Shown here in pieces: positions 12,467-26,400 of a stretch of DNA of 64,000 nt. This DNA comes from Bigelowiella natans CCMP2755. Lineage: Eukaryota; Protista; Cercozoa. Numbering within the stretch: the first letter of the stretch is position 1; each line of letters starts with the position of its first letter. Where the stretch lies: assembly GCA_000320545.1 (NCBI GenBank), contig ADNK01001995.1, positions 3,821 through 67,820 on the forward strand, read 5' to 3'. The notes under the pieces were generated by a model. The model was not told where the DNA came from. It was given only the letters and a program-made list of their open reading frames with translations, and searched no databases. A program made the position numbers and the translations under genes.

Positions 12467-14471
12467 GGGGGGGGGAGGGGAATACACAAACGCAAGCAAA
12501 TTTCATACACATAACATTTTGTTGTTAACCCAATACAAACACGATGGATAAGTCCATAACGAATAAGAAATAAATATGGAGAGGCGGGAAGCAGCCGTTT
12601 ACTACCTGGGGGGCGTTGTTCGTACGTCCTTTGGGAATTAAGGCCTGCAAGAGTACATCGCACCCCTTAAGGACAGGGCCGCTTCGGTTTTTATTCCGCT
12701 TCTAGGCCGTGGGGATTGGTTGCGAACAGTTAGCCGCTTGGAATCCTGGAAAAGAGAAATGGAGAACATACACACGCGCGCGTGCACACACAGACACACG
12801 CACGCACTCGGAGGAAATATGCACTCAATCACACCACACACCACATATCACATACTGCAGGCTCGCCACGATGAGAAGAAAGAGAAAATCAACCAGCAAA
12901 ATGCGGCTCTCACACGCGGAGAGCAGGTAGGAAATTTTTTGAAATGAAAAGCACAGAGACGATGTGCGCTTCTTGACACAACTAGTTAAAAGTACCTGGC
13001 TCTTCCTCAACTGTAATGACGAAGCCCCTAGAATTTTGCTAGTATAGCTTTTCTGTCGATATTTTCGCTGATGTTGAATGTGGCGGTGATGTGAATGAAC
13101 GCGATCTTACTAGACCAAAAAGCAAAGATTAAAGCTGGAAGAAGCTAAGAGGGTGATGAACCATTTTCCAATTCCATTTGTCTACGTCAGTCAGCTTAGC
13201 AAACGGAAAGATATGTCGTACATCTTTATCCATCTCGTCTTTTTTTGCGAGAAAGCGGTAACACTGTGTCAATCTCAGGGGAAAAGAAAGTTTAAGGGGT
13301 CCTATGCGGTACCTGAAGCCATTGACGTAATGAGTGTTGTTTTTACACACACGCACGCGCGCACGCAGATTCGCATGAATGACGATGCATGCAAATATGT
13401 CTGGATAAAGTGTCCTTCATCTGATCCCGTTCTCCCTTTCTGGCAAAAATGCAACGGCTGCGTCACAATGAACTACCATATTAACAGCCCATTTTCTATG
13501 GATCATACGTGGACTTGGAAAACCAGCTCCTTGAGTTTCGAACGAAGACTTTACCCTCGGGGGCTGAGGTGCTTTCTACGCCAAGTGACTTATATGGATT
13601 GTAGAATGCCGATGAGAAATTCTAACTCAAATACACAGTATCCAGATCAATCTCACAACCCCTCCCTCCTCCCCTCCCTCCCCGCCTCACCCCCTTTCTT
13701 TTTCGCTCTCTTTTTCCATTTCAGATTAAGATGGTGATGAGAAAGCGCGCGGAGCCGTCGCACATACTGATCTACCTCCACAACTACAGCCCAAAGGAGG
13801 TTGAAACAAAGGTAAGACTAGAAGAAAAACAGGGAGTTGGATAGCAACGTTCGTGCTTCGAAACATCATGTAAAGAGCGATAGAATTTGGCTCTGTTATG
13901 TCGTGAGATCATTCCGAACTAACTAGTATCGTGATGTTCTCTGTCCTTTCCGTTCTTCTGCTCACTCTTCCTCTTGCTCTCTTACTCACCCACTCACTCC
14001 CCGTTGCTCTCTGTCGTTCTTCCCTCATGATGGCAATGGATATCCAGCTGCAATTGGACATCCAAACGAAGCTGGCGAGAAAGCTGCTTTGGGAACCGGT
14101 GCTGAGACCATGACATTTTCCCAACAGAATCCCTGTTTACGCGTTAGGGCATATTTGAAATAGATTGTTTCAAGTCACATAGAGTAGCGGCAAGAGATTA
14201 GCAGCAGCGAATATTGCGACATGGCCAGGGCAGATCTGTGTCAAAGCGTTGGCACCAGACCATCCCTCCGGATTTGATGATTATTTTTTGTGCTTTTCCT
14301 GTCGCGCTATAACGGCAATATCACCGACGCCAAATGTGTTTCCTCAGCCATTCGCTGGGAAGTGGACGCTGACGACGACGACATACAGAAAGCCTGGCTA
14401 TATAGTCGGCCAGGCGCTTCAAGATATAGAGGACCTGCGGTAGCGTCTATCCGCCATTTGATGCATGATAC

Positions 14472-14502
<31 letters not shown>

Positions 14503-16366
14503 GAGAAAGAAACATAATCATTTCCTTCAGGACCTACGTGATCGACTATGTTATCTGGGATAAGGAGAATGACTTCGGCAGACAGGACTGCTTGGTAGCG
14601 ACGCGGGGGGGGGGGGCGGTGGGGGTGGAGAATCCTTTGAGAGTAAATTTACGAGCAAGCTTATGTGCACACGCCGCTACACACAAACGTAACACTCTGG
14701 TTCTCCTTCCCACCCCCCGCGTAGGACGAACTCGCCGAGCTTGAAAAACTGAAGCAGGAGGCGGTGAAGAAGGAGGAATACTTCGACGCGCAGGATTACA
14801 AAGAAAAGATCATAGACAAGAAGGATGAGCTGAGGGAGATAGAGCTCTACTACTTCAAACGGTAAAAAAATGCGGGTGGGAGCGAACTCTTTGCGTGTGT
14901 GCACGAAGCCTCCATCCTTCTGCATAATCGAAGAAATGTATTCAGAGAAATACAGACCACAAATTATGCATGCCCTCTCTTTATACATGCCCTCTCCTTT
15001 TCATAGGCGCGACAAGGCCTATGACACAAAAGTGTACATTTATGGAGAGGGCATGGGCGCTGCGACTGCATTGCTTGCAGCCGAAAGACTAAGGTTCTTC
15101 TCGCACCCTCAAATCGTTAAAAGAAGAAGACGAAGAAGAAGAAGAAGAAGAAGAAGAAGAAGAAGAAGAAGAAATCGCCTCCTTTAATGCAGATCATTCA
15201 GAAATAAAGCCGAAGAGAGTCGTGTTGAATGCCTACCGGTGATGATATATCATGTGCGCCAGAAGCATTTGCGCTACGGCATGCACGTGCTGTAGGGTGG
15301 AAGAAGCATCTATGCTGTTCAATTGTCCACGTTTCGAGACATTCTACATGCGATGATTTGTATTGCGGACCCCTGCTTCTCCCTAACGCATGAAATTTAA
15401 GCCATCCTCCTCTTCTTATCAGGAAAAACTACCACGGAATACTTTGTCTCAACTCCGCGTATGACTCCCACCACCCACCCCTCCTTCCTTTAGTGATGTA
15501 TCGATGAAAACGGATGGTGTGGTCTGAAGATGATGAGTGTGCACGTATATGCTATCCATCAAGGGATCTTTTCTTTTTCTCCTTTCCACATTGCAGACTG
15601 TACATCCAAAAGGAGGCGAAGTCACCAGTAAGCTGGTGCTATAAGCCGTGTGTGCCAGCGGTAGGCCTTGAGAATATATACGTGTGTTTATGTTTAAGTG
15701 TGCGCGCGCGCGCGTGTGTAATCCCTTCGTTCTCGATGTTGGGTCTCGATTCTAAAGAAAGCATTCGTCAGGTTTTAATGACGAATCGGAAAACAATTTA
15801 CGCGAAGATCAGCCAGAACTACATCAAGCTGGTGATAAATAAAACTGCCATTTTCTTGGAACCCTCTCATATTTCTCCTCGATAAACATCCTCGCCAAAC
15901 AGACACGCGTGCGTATCGAAGCACTCCCCCCCCCCCCTCCCCCCAAACCTCTGCCTCTCTCCTTTGTCGTTCTTACATAATATAATAGTAAACACACATC
16001 GCGGTCAGGGTTTTTAAAAGGGCTGGGAGGGGGGGTTATGCGTTCTTTCACCGAGCTCGGCGTTGATGATGGAATCACGCCGCATTTCTTACAATATAAT
16101 GCCCCCTTTGCCTTCTTCTTTTTCTTCTTCTCTTCAGACCAAGGACGCATATCGATTTATGAGATTTGTCTTCCGCCGCGGCTGTTTGTTGTGTTGCGGG
16201 ACAGAAATCACCGCTCTCCCCCCAATATCAAGCCACTTTCGTGTTTTTTTCACGTTCACGACATCGCAACATCATCCACTCGCTCACCCATTCAACCCAA
16301 CCAGGCCTGAAGTCACCTTCCAACAGAGTGATTATTAGAAGGTGCTGCTACAGTTCGTACGACTCA

Positions 16367-16410
<44 letters not shown>

Positions 16411-19400
16411 GCAAAGAGCGGTGTCGATCAATTAACAATAGAATATGCGCGGGGAGGAAATGCACGTAGAATAGCAGAAGATATCCATATTCACATGGAA
16501 TGTGCTTACGCACAAGCCCCATCCACGCCATGATGAATCGTCCCGTTTTATTTTTATTTATCCGTTTCGAAAAGGCACTTTGGGGGCCATGGAATGAACA
16601 CAGGCGCGAAGGATCTAAAGGTGGGCTAATGGGCGCATAAAGCAAAGCGCATATGCACGACAGTTCTCTCGTGCAACATCTAGATTCGGGCTCTTTGAGC
16701 TTGGGTGCTAATGACCTGTTGTGCTTCTTTAACAGGTGAAGGCAGGGGATATAATCTTCATTCCTTACTTCAAAGACTGGTATTGCATACGCATCGCAAG
16801 GCGTATTTCTCTCCGTAAAACGTAGAGTGAAAAAGCAACGATGAGAGTGACGACGGCAACGACGATGATGATGATGATGACGAAAATTGGACCTTGGAAG
16901 CAATACATAATATAAGCGGATTAAAATCTCTGTTCAATATGGTCTTTTAATTCCACCTTCCTCTCCCAGTGACCGTCTTCCTATGCGTGCATATGAGGAG
17001 CTAAAGCTGAAGAGTGCAGATGATCCAGAATACTGCTTTAGGCCGAGGGACATTCATAAAGTTAAACATGGTAAGGAGTTTTTAAGTGCATAAATAATTC
17101 ATATTTATAACTTTATCCGCGCACTGTCTGTGTTTCGTATACTTGCTCCTATTGCAACAACATCCAGGAAAAGCCTCTCGATACGCGAAGAAATATCCAA
17201 CAATGACAAAGTAGTAGCAGTAGGAGGAGGAGTAGGGGTGATAGCGAGGCAAAAAGTGATATTAGAGATGGAGAGGAATAAGAAGAAGAAGAAGAAACAG
17301 AAGGTTTTAATGTAGTAGAGGCAAGCAGCATCAGATCGTGAGCCAAAATGTTCCGAATCGGTTTTTGTCGACTTTTATCGACGCCATGTCTCACCTCCAT
17401 CGTGACCACCACCACCACCACCATCATTATCATCCATTATCATAGGCTGTTCGGGCCTCTCAAGGAGACAAGCGAGCTCCCCCGCCTCGCCAGCGTCATA
17501 AAACATCGAGTGCACGTGAGTGTTGCCATTCACTTCACAGAGTTGCTCTTGAGTCCGATAAAACACCGATGTAAATATTCAATATTTGTGCTCCTGCATA
17601 TTGTAACACAGCAAATCGAGCCTATCCCCTGGATACCTACCGGGTGGCCTGATCCGGCCGACCCTGCCCCCCCTGTTGTGGAGGACGGCGAATCGTCTGA
17701 AGAGGAGATGGAGGAGGCGCGGCCGAATCCGTTTGAGTTTATGGAAGCGGTGTACTATGATCGCAAAACCGACTGGGACTTCGATGCAGTAAGGCCACTT
17801 GGACGGGAGGAATTGGAGGAATATTTTAGACACACGTGGTCACAGGTGTGTGCGTGTGTTGTATGTGTGCGTGCGTGCGCGCGCTTGTGTGCAGCGTGGG
17901 GGAAGTGGCGGTTGTGGAATCAATCGAAGCCAGAACGACGAGTCGCTCTCCCCCCTTCGTCCCACATCCCTTCCGCTGGTGTCCTCGTACATTGATTTCG
18001 TGATCAAACTATGGTGGATGACATATGCTGTGTCGTGGGTGGTTGGCAGGTCAACATACAGGATGAGATAGAAGATCCGCAGGTTTTTTTTTTTTCGAGA
18101 ATGCACACGCACGAACTTGCAAATGAGAGAGACCATTAATACCACATGGCCTGATTGAAGTTAGTTTACGTGATACGGTACGACACGGCAATCTTGAAGG
18201 AGTCGTTTCTTCAAACTAACCCTTTCTTCCCCTCTCCTCACCTCCCCCTCTTTCACTCTCTGCGTGGTGTATATCTGTAGGAACTCGATGCAACGAGGAA
18301 GGCTTTCCGTGAAAGAATAATCGCTCTGAACAAGACCTTCAGGTCTCTCCTCCTCATCCTTCGCATCGTGTGCAAATGATACAATGAGCACACATTCTCA
18401 CAGACAGTGCTGCTGATTGAATGATGCAGGTTTTATTGCGCGTCGAATGTGCCGGTGGAGTTCATGACGGCAAACCAGTGGATGCAGTTCGGGGTAGCAG
18501 TGGGAATTGCTGACCGCAGAGACCCCGCGTTTTCGCAGATATTCGTGGTCACTAACGCGTCCGAGGCCGAGGAAGACAAAAAGGAGTAAGTCATCAATAG
18601 AACGTAGCTAGGGCTAGCAGCAGCAGTTGCAGCTGTGAAAGAATCATCGCCTTCGTGGCGTTGTCGTCGTGTCGTTGTCGTCGTGTCGTTGAAGCAGTGT
18701 AGCGTTCGCTGCAACGGCAAGTGCTAATGTTCCACCTTTTTTTACAACTTGAAATAGCACGCAGTACGAAGAAGACAACCCTGACAATATGTTTACCTTC
18801 TCGGAGTTTACGGAAGCTCTTGTCCGGTAGCTGAAACAGTCCTCTTCTCCCCCCTTAACACACACGCGCGCGCGCACACACGCACGCACAGGCACAGATA
18901 CAATTGAGATAAAAAGAGAGTGGGGGGGGAGGGGCAAACTGCGATGTAATAAAGTCGCCAATCCCCATTTTCCCTTTTCTCCTGGTCGTCGTTATCTTCA
19001 TCATCGCCACTCATTGTCAGGGTGGGGCTCCACAAGTACAAGGATCTTGCGCCTCACGAGGCCTTCAAGAAGATTGCAACGAAGGTGCTGATGAACGGTG
19101 ACCCCCAGTGCATGGAGGACTTCAACAGTATCTTCAATACTCCAGAGGTAGGTTGAAGAAAGGGGGGGGAGGAGAAAGCGGTTCTGGTGTGGTAGTTTGC
19201 CCGCGTGATAAATCCTGTTTTGAGCGATATCCACAGAAAATAGGAAATAGACCGAAAACATGCGTCCAACCAAATAAAACATAAAAGTATGTGTTCGTGT
19301 GCGACGTATTGCCTTGTTTTTCTGCCAAAAAATGGATCAGATATGGAAGGTTTACAAGAAGTTTGCGCGAAAAACGTACAACGTATTCGCCAAGTACGCG

Positions 19401-19986
19401 GCGGTAAGTGTTATTTGATCCTTCAGAGCACTATTTATTTCATTAAAACTCGACATGTTTTTTTATCTTTTCACAGCACGCGCACACACACACACACACA
19501 CACACATACAAGCGCGCGCGCACAATCATAAAGACGCTCTCGAAGTTACACAAACGCAGTAAATACAGAGATATGCAGTAATTGAATGTGTATTTCGTAC
19601 AGGGGGACAAAAGCCAAGTTGATTCGCTCTCTAGCATGGATATCAAAGAATGTTTCATGTAATACTTTTGTCTGTTGTTGGAGGACAAACTCCACGACTT
19701 AAAAAATACTGAAATGAACGTAGTGGGTAAAAGCGATCGAGGAAAAGTTGAAATTCTTCCCCCTGCCTACCTTTTCTTCAATGATCTCTCACTTATCCGA
19801 CATTTTCTCTGCTAATATTATCATAGGTTCTTTAAGGACTCTGAGATTCAAGTCAAGACTGGGTAGTAGCAGTAGTAACCACTACTAGTTGAACGTCATC
19901 AACCTCTTCCAATTTTGTTTGGTTCTTCATGCATCGATTTGTGGATGGTCGCGAAACGCGAATTTCTTACTCTCCTCCTCTAGGCT

Positions 19987-20027
<41 letters not shown>

Positions 20028-20043
20028 AGATGTCTATGTACCA

Positions 20044-20074
<31 letters not shown>

Positions 20075-20087
20075 GTATATGTATATA

Positions 20088-20121
<34 letters not shown>

Positions 20122-20703
20122 ATATTTATGTGCGTGCGCGCCGTATTTATTTTCAGATTGAGTCGGCGTAGTCTCATCGCTTGTTTCGCGATGGCCCAAG
20201 GCATAGAAACCGACGATGAAGCCGGTCAGATTCCGAGGATTTTTTTTTAGTTTCACTTAACTCGCCCACTCTCGCACGTATGGTTGCAGTAGCAGTAGTG
20301 CTGTTGCTCCCTCGGTGTAAGATTCAAATGTGCTACCTGTGAGCTCCCCGCATTGCTCATGTTTGCGACCCCTTCACGTTTTATACAACCTCGCAGGGTA
20401 TGAGAGCGACTACGCGGAGTTTATTCGTATGTTAGGGTTGCTCGCTCGTGAGACAGATCCAGATAAGGTACTACAACAAACTAATCGGGGAGGGGGGGAG
20501 GGGGGGGGACTCGGTATGTTGCTGGTTTATGTAATCCTTTTTTATACTTCGCTAGTAGCTTTCCGCAACGAAAAAACACTGTGCCCTTCCCTTTCTAACC
20601 CCCTACCTACACTTGTTAAATATGACGCATTCAGCCAATAGCCCGGTCGTTCCAAGAGTTCTTGGAGGCCTACATCCTGCCAATGAAGCTTCCAGCATAC
20701 TAA
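11699..20703 (+). CDS. Large multi-exon uncharacterised protein: acidic/coiled-coil, UVR-like motif, hydrolase-like elbow, C-terminal EF-hand-like helices (may be two genes)
   Basis: Many short GT-AG exons: ELAELEKLKQEAVKKEEYFDAQDYKEKI (~14725-14840), VYIYGEGMGAATALLAA (~15030-15090), DNMFTFSEFTEALVR, DYAEFIRMLGLLA, last exon PIARSFQEFLEAYILPMKLPAY*. Confidence 0.55.
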
Positions 20704-21245
20704 AGCGAGTTTGGCTAGTTGGAATCGCAGATGATTCGTGTCGACTGTGTTTGGGTCTGTAAAATGTCATTTGTTCAGTACCGAAAGTATCAATTTTACA
20801 CGAAGCTTGTTTCATGTATGCAGAAAGAGTGCTGCTTGCAGCAATTTTGCGCGATGCCATTTCACTTGCGTGTGAGTGTAGCAGCGATAAGCGACTGTGC
20901 GGGTATAGCGTGAACATTAGCAACATAGTGCATACACAGCCATGCATGCATTGGTTAGTTCGTGCTTATTGTTGTAGATGCTTAAGGATGTAATCTCATG
21001 GTGACAACATGCGCAACTAAAGATACTGCGCGAAACGAAGCGCGCCCGATGATAAATATATCCCCGCGTTTGCATGTTGCCGGTAAGGTGTTAGGCCGGT
21101 GCGGTGATAAGATGTAGCAGACGGACAATAGATATACTTTATATTGCTGAATCACGATACTGTGCAACATCTGCATGGTGCTTCCAATGAGGGTACTACT
21201 ACTACGTGTTGTCAAAGTTGACTATTTTTATTGTGAAATCCAAAT

Positions 21246-22861
21246 CTAATCTCTGTCTCTGTCTCCCCTTCGCCTGCGATCCCTGCTACTTCTACCATCA
21301 TCTCGTCCACCCCTCCTCCTCTTCCTTGAGTCGCGGTCTCTGCTATGCTCCCTTCTACGGCCTTCACCATCACGTCTCCGTTCCCTACGGTCTATTATTC
21401 CAAGACACAGGAATCACAGCAAAAATTCTGTTAGATATACATCGAGAGCTCTTCGCTTTGCACACAAAAAAAGCAAAGCTGGGGAGGTGATAAAGAGCAG
21501 TTAAGTTCAAGCGGCAGACATGAAGTTACCTTCTCTTCCTCCCCTCTCCCTTTCTCTTTCTCGGCGGTGGTCTCGATTATCCCTGTCGCTGTCTCTTCTA
21601 CCGTCCTCCCTGCGGCTTCTCCGCCCCCCCCCACCATCGTTTCGCTCACGGGTTCGATGCCCTTTACCCCCGGAGTCATCTTTGCGATCCTCCCTCTTTT
21701 GCCGACGTGGTACGGCATTGCCGGCAAAGCCCGTTTGCTTGCGACGGTCTCCTTTCTTCCACGCAGACCATTTCTTGGACACTGACTGGCTGAAATCCAC
21801 GTGGATTCGCCGGTCGTCGATCAGAGCGTTATCCATCTTGAAGTAGGCCCTCTCACATGCCTCGCGCTCCTCGAATTCGATGAAGGCGTACTGGAGACTG
21901 TCGCCTGTTTTCCAGTCCTTCACCACCTCGCAGCTGACGATCTCGCCGAACTGGGAGAACACAGTCTCAAGGTCCTCGGATGTCGTAACAGGGTTGAGCT
22001 TACAAACGAAAAGGTCGGTATCGTCTGGAGTCACTTCTGCGTGGGGCAGGTCTCCGATCATAGTTAGCACCTCTGCTTGCGATTTCGCGGTGGCTGCCTG
22101 TATTATCATGAAAATTATGGTTGTTGTGGGTGATTAGGGGCTGTAACTAGAGGACCAGAAAGAAACCAAAAAAAAGACGACGGTGCTGTTCAAAAAAATA
22201 CCTTCAGCTCCTCGTCAATTTGCTCATCCGTTTTGCCTTCGTCACGAGATAGGGCGTTCTCGTAGTCTGCAATGCGGTCGACGTCGTGTTTGTCCGGCTT
22301 GGCCTCTGGTGAACGGTCAGGGATATGCTCCTTCAGCATGGGAGGATCAGGGAAGGGGTCATCGATGACAACGGTGTGCCGGATACGAATGTTCTGAATG
22401 GGTTTGTCGTTGTTGTCGCAAAATGCGGCGTTGATCTTTTTGAGAGCCTCCTCTCCATCCTCTCCATCCGGAAGCTCGCCAAAAATGGTGTATTTTTCGT
22501 CTAAGCTGGTGAGGTCATCGCCCAGCGTGATGTAGAACTGGGAGCCATTCGTGTTTGACCCTCCGGTGTTTGCCATGGCTACAGTCCCCCTTTTGCTATG
22601 TTTGATTTTTTTGCTAATCTCATCGTCAAAAAATCGAGCCTGCTCTCCGTACATAATCCCCCATATTGAACTCCCACCTCTTCCACTGCCATCCGGGTCG
22701 CCTGTCTGCGCAATGAAGTCCTTCTGCACGTTGTGGAAGATGACGTTGTTGTAGTACTTAATCTTGCAAAGTTTCAGGAAGTTCTCGCAAGTCTTTGGGC
22801 ACTTGTCCACGTATAGGTCGAGGAAAATGTCCCCGAGGGAGGTCTCCAAGATCACGGCCAT
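21246..22861 (-). CDS. PPIL4: Cyclophilin-RRM peptidyl-prolyl isomerase (PPIL4/CYP59), 3 exons, RD/RE-rich tail
   Basis: [11 protein letters not shown]...[12 protein letters not shown]...FIAQTGDP...GSQFYITL; [13 protein letters not shown]...[11 protein letters not shown]...[14 protein letters not shown]. Confidence 0.95.
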
Positions 22862-23251
22862 TATTTCTGCCTCCTCGCCTCCCTATCCGTGGCCGGGGTT
22901 GACGAGAGTTTCTGATCCAAATGGCGAAAATGACTTACGACAATCGAATACGGACAAGTTTGTCTATAAAAGAAAGCGATTTTACACTGTATCGTCCTTT
23001 TAGGAAGTCATGGGTGATGACGACAACGTCATGAAGGAATTGTTGTCGCAGGTTGTGAGTTCGGAATCTGCAGCTCGATATTTTCCTTGCCATTTTTCTT
23101 GTCGATGTTTCTAGGACTTCGTTCGGGCCTAAAAGGCACTGTTCTCGGCGATCTCGGATTACTTGAAAACCTTACATTCCGAATCTTGAGAGATCGGAAA
23201 ATATATAGATATTTTACGGATATAAATCTACCTAGTAATTCAACGAAAAGC

Positions 23252-23661
23252 ATGGGAGCTCTCTGTCCGTGCTTCTCGACCGTAATGCCTCCCCGGCCCC
23301 CTGTCCTTTCTACCCGAAGAGCAGTCGTTGTTACAGCACTCTACCATATGAATATGAGAAGAATACGTGTTTAATTGTACACTTTGCCGCTCTTCTTATC
23401 GTGGAAGCGAGGGAGAGAGGGCCCCACTCTTCTAAAATACGATGAGAGAGAAAGGAAGAAAGAGTGAGAAAGACGAGAAAATATGCCTTGGTGGGGACGG
23501 ATTAGGACCGGATGTTGATGTTATTTGAAATTAGCGTTAGATCGATCATTGACATTAAAATATGTTCTGAAAGTCGGACCCTGAATCTATGGGGATGGAG
23601 GCGCTTGAAGATCAGAGGGTCGCCAATTAATATAGTACAGCGTATTTGTTCTAAACTCTGA

Positions 23662-23699
<38 letters not shown>

Positions 23700-26121
23700 G
23701 AAGAAAAACCCAAATAGAAGTTCGATGTGCGTAACACGTTGCCGGATGGATGAACCCGCGACTCCACGATCAAACGCAGAGATTCACTCTCCCCCACAAA
23801 CAAATTACAGGAGGGCCCTTATCCGGTGCGATTGCACAAAAAGCGTCGTTCTGCGAATCTTAAAATCGGGCATCACGATAAGTAATAATAATAGCTATCA
23901 TTGACGATTGGTTATGAGGACACTTGCCTCTCCTCTGCCTCAGAGTTGAAGTGAGGCCAGACTCAATCGTTTAAAACTGAATCATAGTTTTGCAACGTTA
24001 CTTTATAGAATGCATCGTAGGTTGCCTACCTGTAGTCCTTTAATCTCTGAACAACTTCATTTCTCTATTCTTCCTAGCTACGACATCGTGTCCGGCTCAT
24101 TTCCGGGATCAGCGTGCTGCAATACGGTATTATGTGTATGCACCACAAAGACACCGAAGAACGGCCAACAACTAGCGCTCGAACACACGTTCACACATTT
24201 GAACAGCATAATCATGGCGCTTTTTAAAGACTGCGCGTGGATCCTGCTTGATGCTTCCTATTTTCAACTACCATTATTTCGTTTTTATTCGAGTCATCCG
24301 GCCTTTGCAGTTCCCTCCCGCCCTCCTCATCTTTTCTCTTTTCCATCCTCCTCAAGGTCTTGGAACAAACACGAGCCTATTTTGAAGTCACAGTGCTCAA
24401 GGTTGGTAGCCATGGCGCGGTAGCGGCAGTTTTATCTTTCTTCAAACATATGTGATACGCGCTTTGCCAGAAGTATAAATCCCTAGGTGTGATCTCACAC
24501 TCATTAATGAAATTACTTAACGTATTAGGAAGGCGTATTCTGCATTGGAGTGGCCAACAAGAAGTGTGTTTAGAAGTAGAAGGGATACTGTCTCGGCACT
24601 CCCATTTTTAGAAATTAAATTGACATGAAAACCACCGTCGCATTGAATTAACTGCTGCACTTCTACACTCCTCGTGGCGTCTCATGCTGCGCTGGGTGCT
24701 TGAGTGATATCAATTTTCATCATCCTTCTCGATATATATATTCCTTAAGCTGGCCATCTTCCGCTTCTATTGTTGTCGCTTTCGTTGATTCCCAAAGGTT
24801 TAAAGAATTTGATGCATTCTTGACGAACGCAACGGATAAGACCATTAAGAACAGGGTCAGTGGTAGATGTAAGTAGATACTACACGATGGCGCGGCGGGG
24901 GTTGGGGCGGGGGGATAGAAGGAGAGAGTAGGGCGAAAAGCAAATGGAGCTGAAGTGCTAGGTCGTAGGAGATCAGAAGTACCACTGGCGATAGATACTT
25001 GTTTATTGCTGGCTCTGTTACAAAGAATGCTCACGCAAAAGAGGCAGCAGGGAGAAAGAGCAGTTGAGGACGGCACTTCTGCCCCTCCTCCTTATCCCCC
25101 TCCTACTCCTCCTAATCATCATCATTATCCTCTCAGGAAGTGAAAGATAAGAGTCGGAATTCATGGGGGTATATGTGCTCGGAAGCCAAAAAGGTCGTCT
25201 TTCTTCTTATGCCTTATCCGTTGGAATGATACTCGTGGGGTACCTTCTTGCGATATAGTGTTACTCCTACCTCACCCCCTCTCCCTGTATTCCCTTTATT
25301 TCTCATCGTGCTTTAGGATGATGTGATAGGATGCTCTTACGACCTGAATGACGTCAAATCAGTTTTGAGGTAAGGACGCCATTTTGCATTTCGGTAAACT
25401 TTAGATTTGTCAAATAGCAAGTTTTGGTATCGTCCACCATATACCATGATGATGATGATGATGATGATGATGAAGAAGTACAATAATAGTACAATGGTAG
25501 TTGCGATGATGATGATGACGCGGAGGAGGAGGGTGATGATGATAATAGTAATAGTAGCGATGATGATGATGATGAGATGCTGTATAATTTGCTCAGATTT
25601 TACAAGAACGGAAAGGGTATCCGGTCGGCGGAAGTGGTGAGTTGATGATAAGATTGCTCCCTGCCTCCTGTCTCAGGGAGATGTATTTTTCCTATTCCGT
25701 TTCCCCCCTCCTCTCCTCCTCTCTGTAGTTTCGTTTACTTCCTTCCCCCCCCCCCCCCCTTCTTCTCAAACATAATTTGCTGCTGGGAATGATAATGCTC
25801 CAGGTCGGTGTGACTGGTGACGTGACTGCCGCCATAAGTGTGAGTGGCGATTGCGAGCTCAAAATCAATTGGGGAGGTACGTGGATCATGTTTCAGATAG
25901 GAGAGGAAATGTGTGTTCGTCCTATCAAAATTTGCACCCGTTTCCCACAATCTAAGTACATGATTCACACTCCCACTTTACAGCTCTACTCTTTCTCCTT
26001 TCCACTGACTGAAGTGGGTGATTATTCTTTGTTCGTCTTATAAATCGGCCATACAGGGGAGCCTCAACAGCATAGACCGGCTAAGTTTGAGCCTGTAGTT
26101 GCTTCAATGAGCGTTATTTGA
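23252..26121 (+). CDS. SPRYD7: SPRY domain protein (SPRYD7-like) with N-myristoyl/palmitoyl-type start MGALCPCF
   Basis: Exons EQTRAYFEVTVLK, GVFCIGVA, DDVIGCSYD, FYKNGK, AAISVSGDCELKINWG, FEPVVASMSVI*. Confidence 0.75.
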
Positions 26122-26400
26122 GGTGCTCAGTTTATTTTCCATATTCTGATGTGTCTAGCTACAACGACTATCTGTACACTCTAGAAAACGTAACATGGCT
26201 GTAATAGCACGTGTATATTGTTCTTCGTGCCCTTCCAAATTTACCCCATTCAAAGTATTGGCAGCGTTCCACATGGGCATATAATTACCATGATGTGCAC
26301 GTGTTGCATGCAATACAAGCTAATTATGGTCTATTACATTAGATGTGCATATGTGGGCACGCAGACAAGCTTATTGATTATAGTGTGTTGTGTCGTGTCA

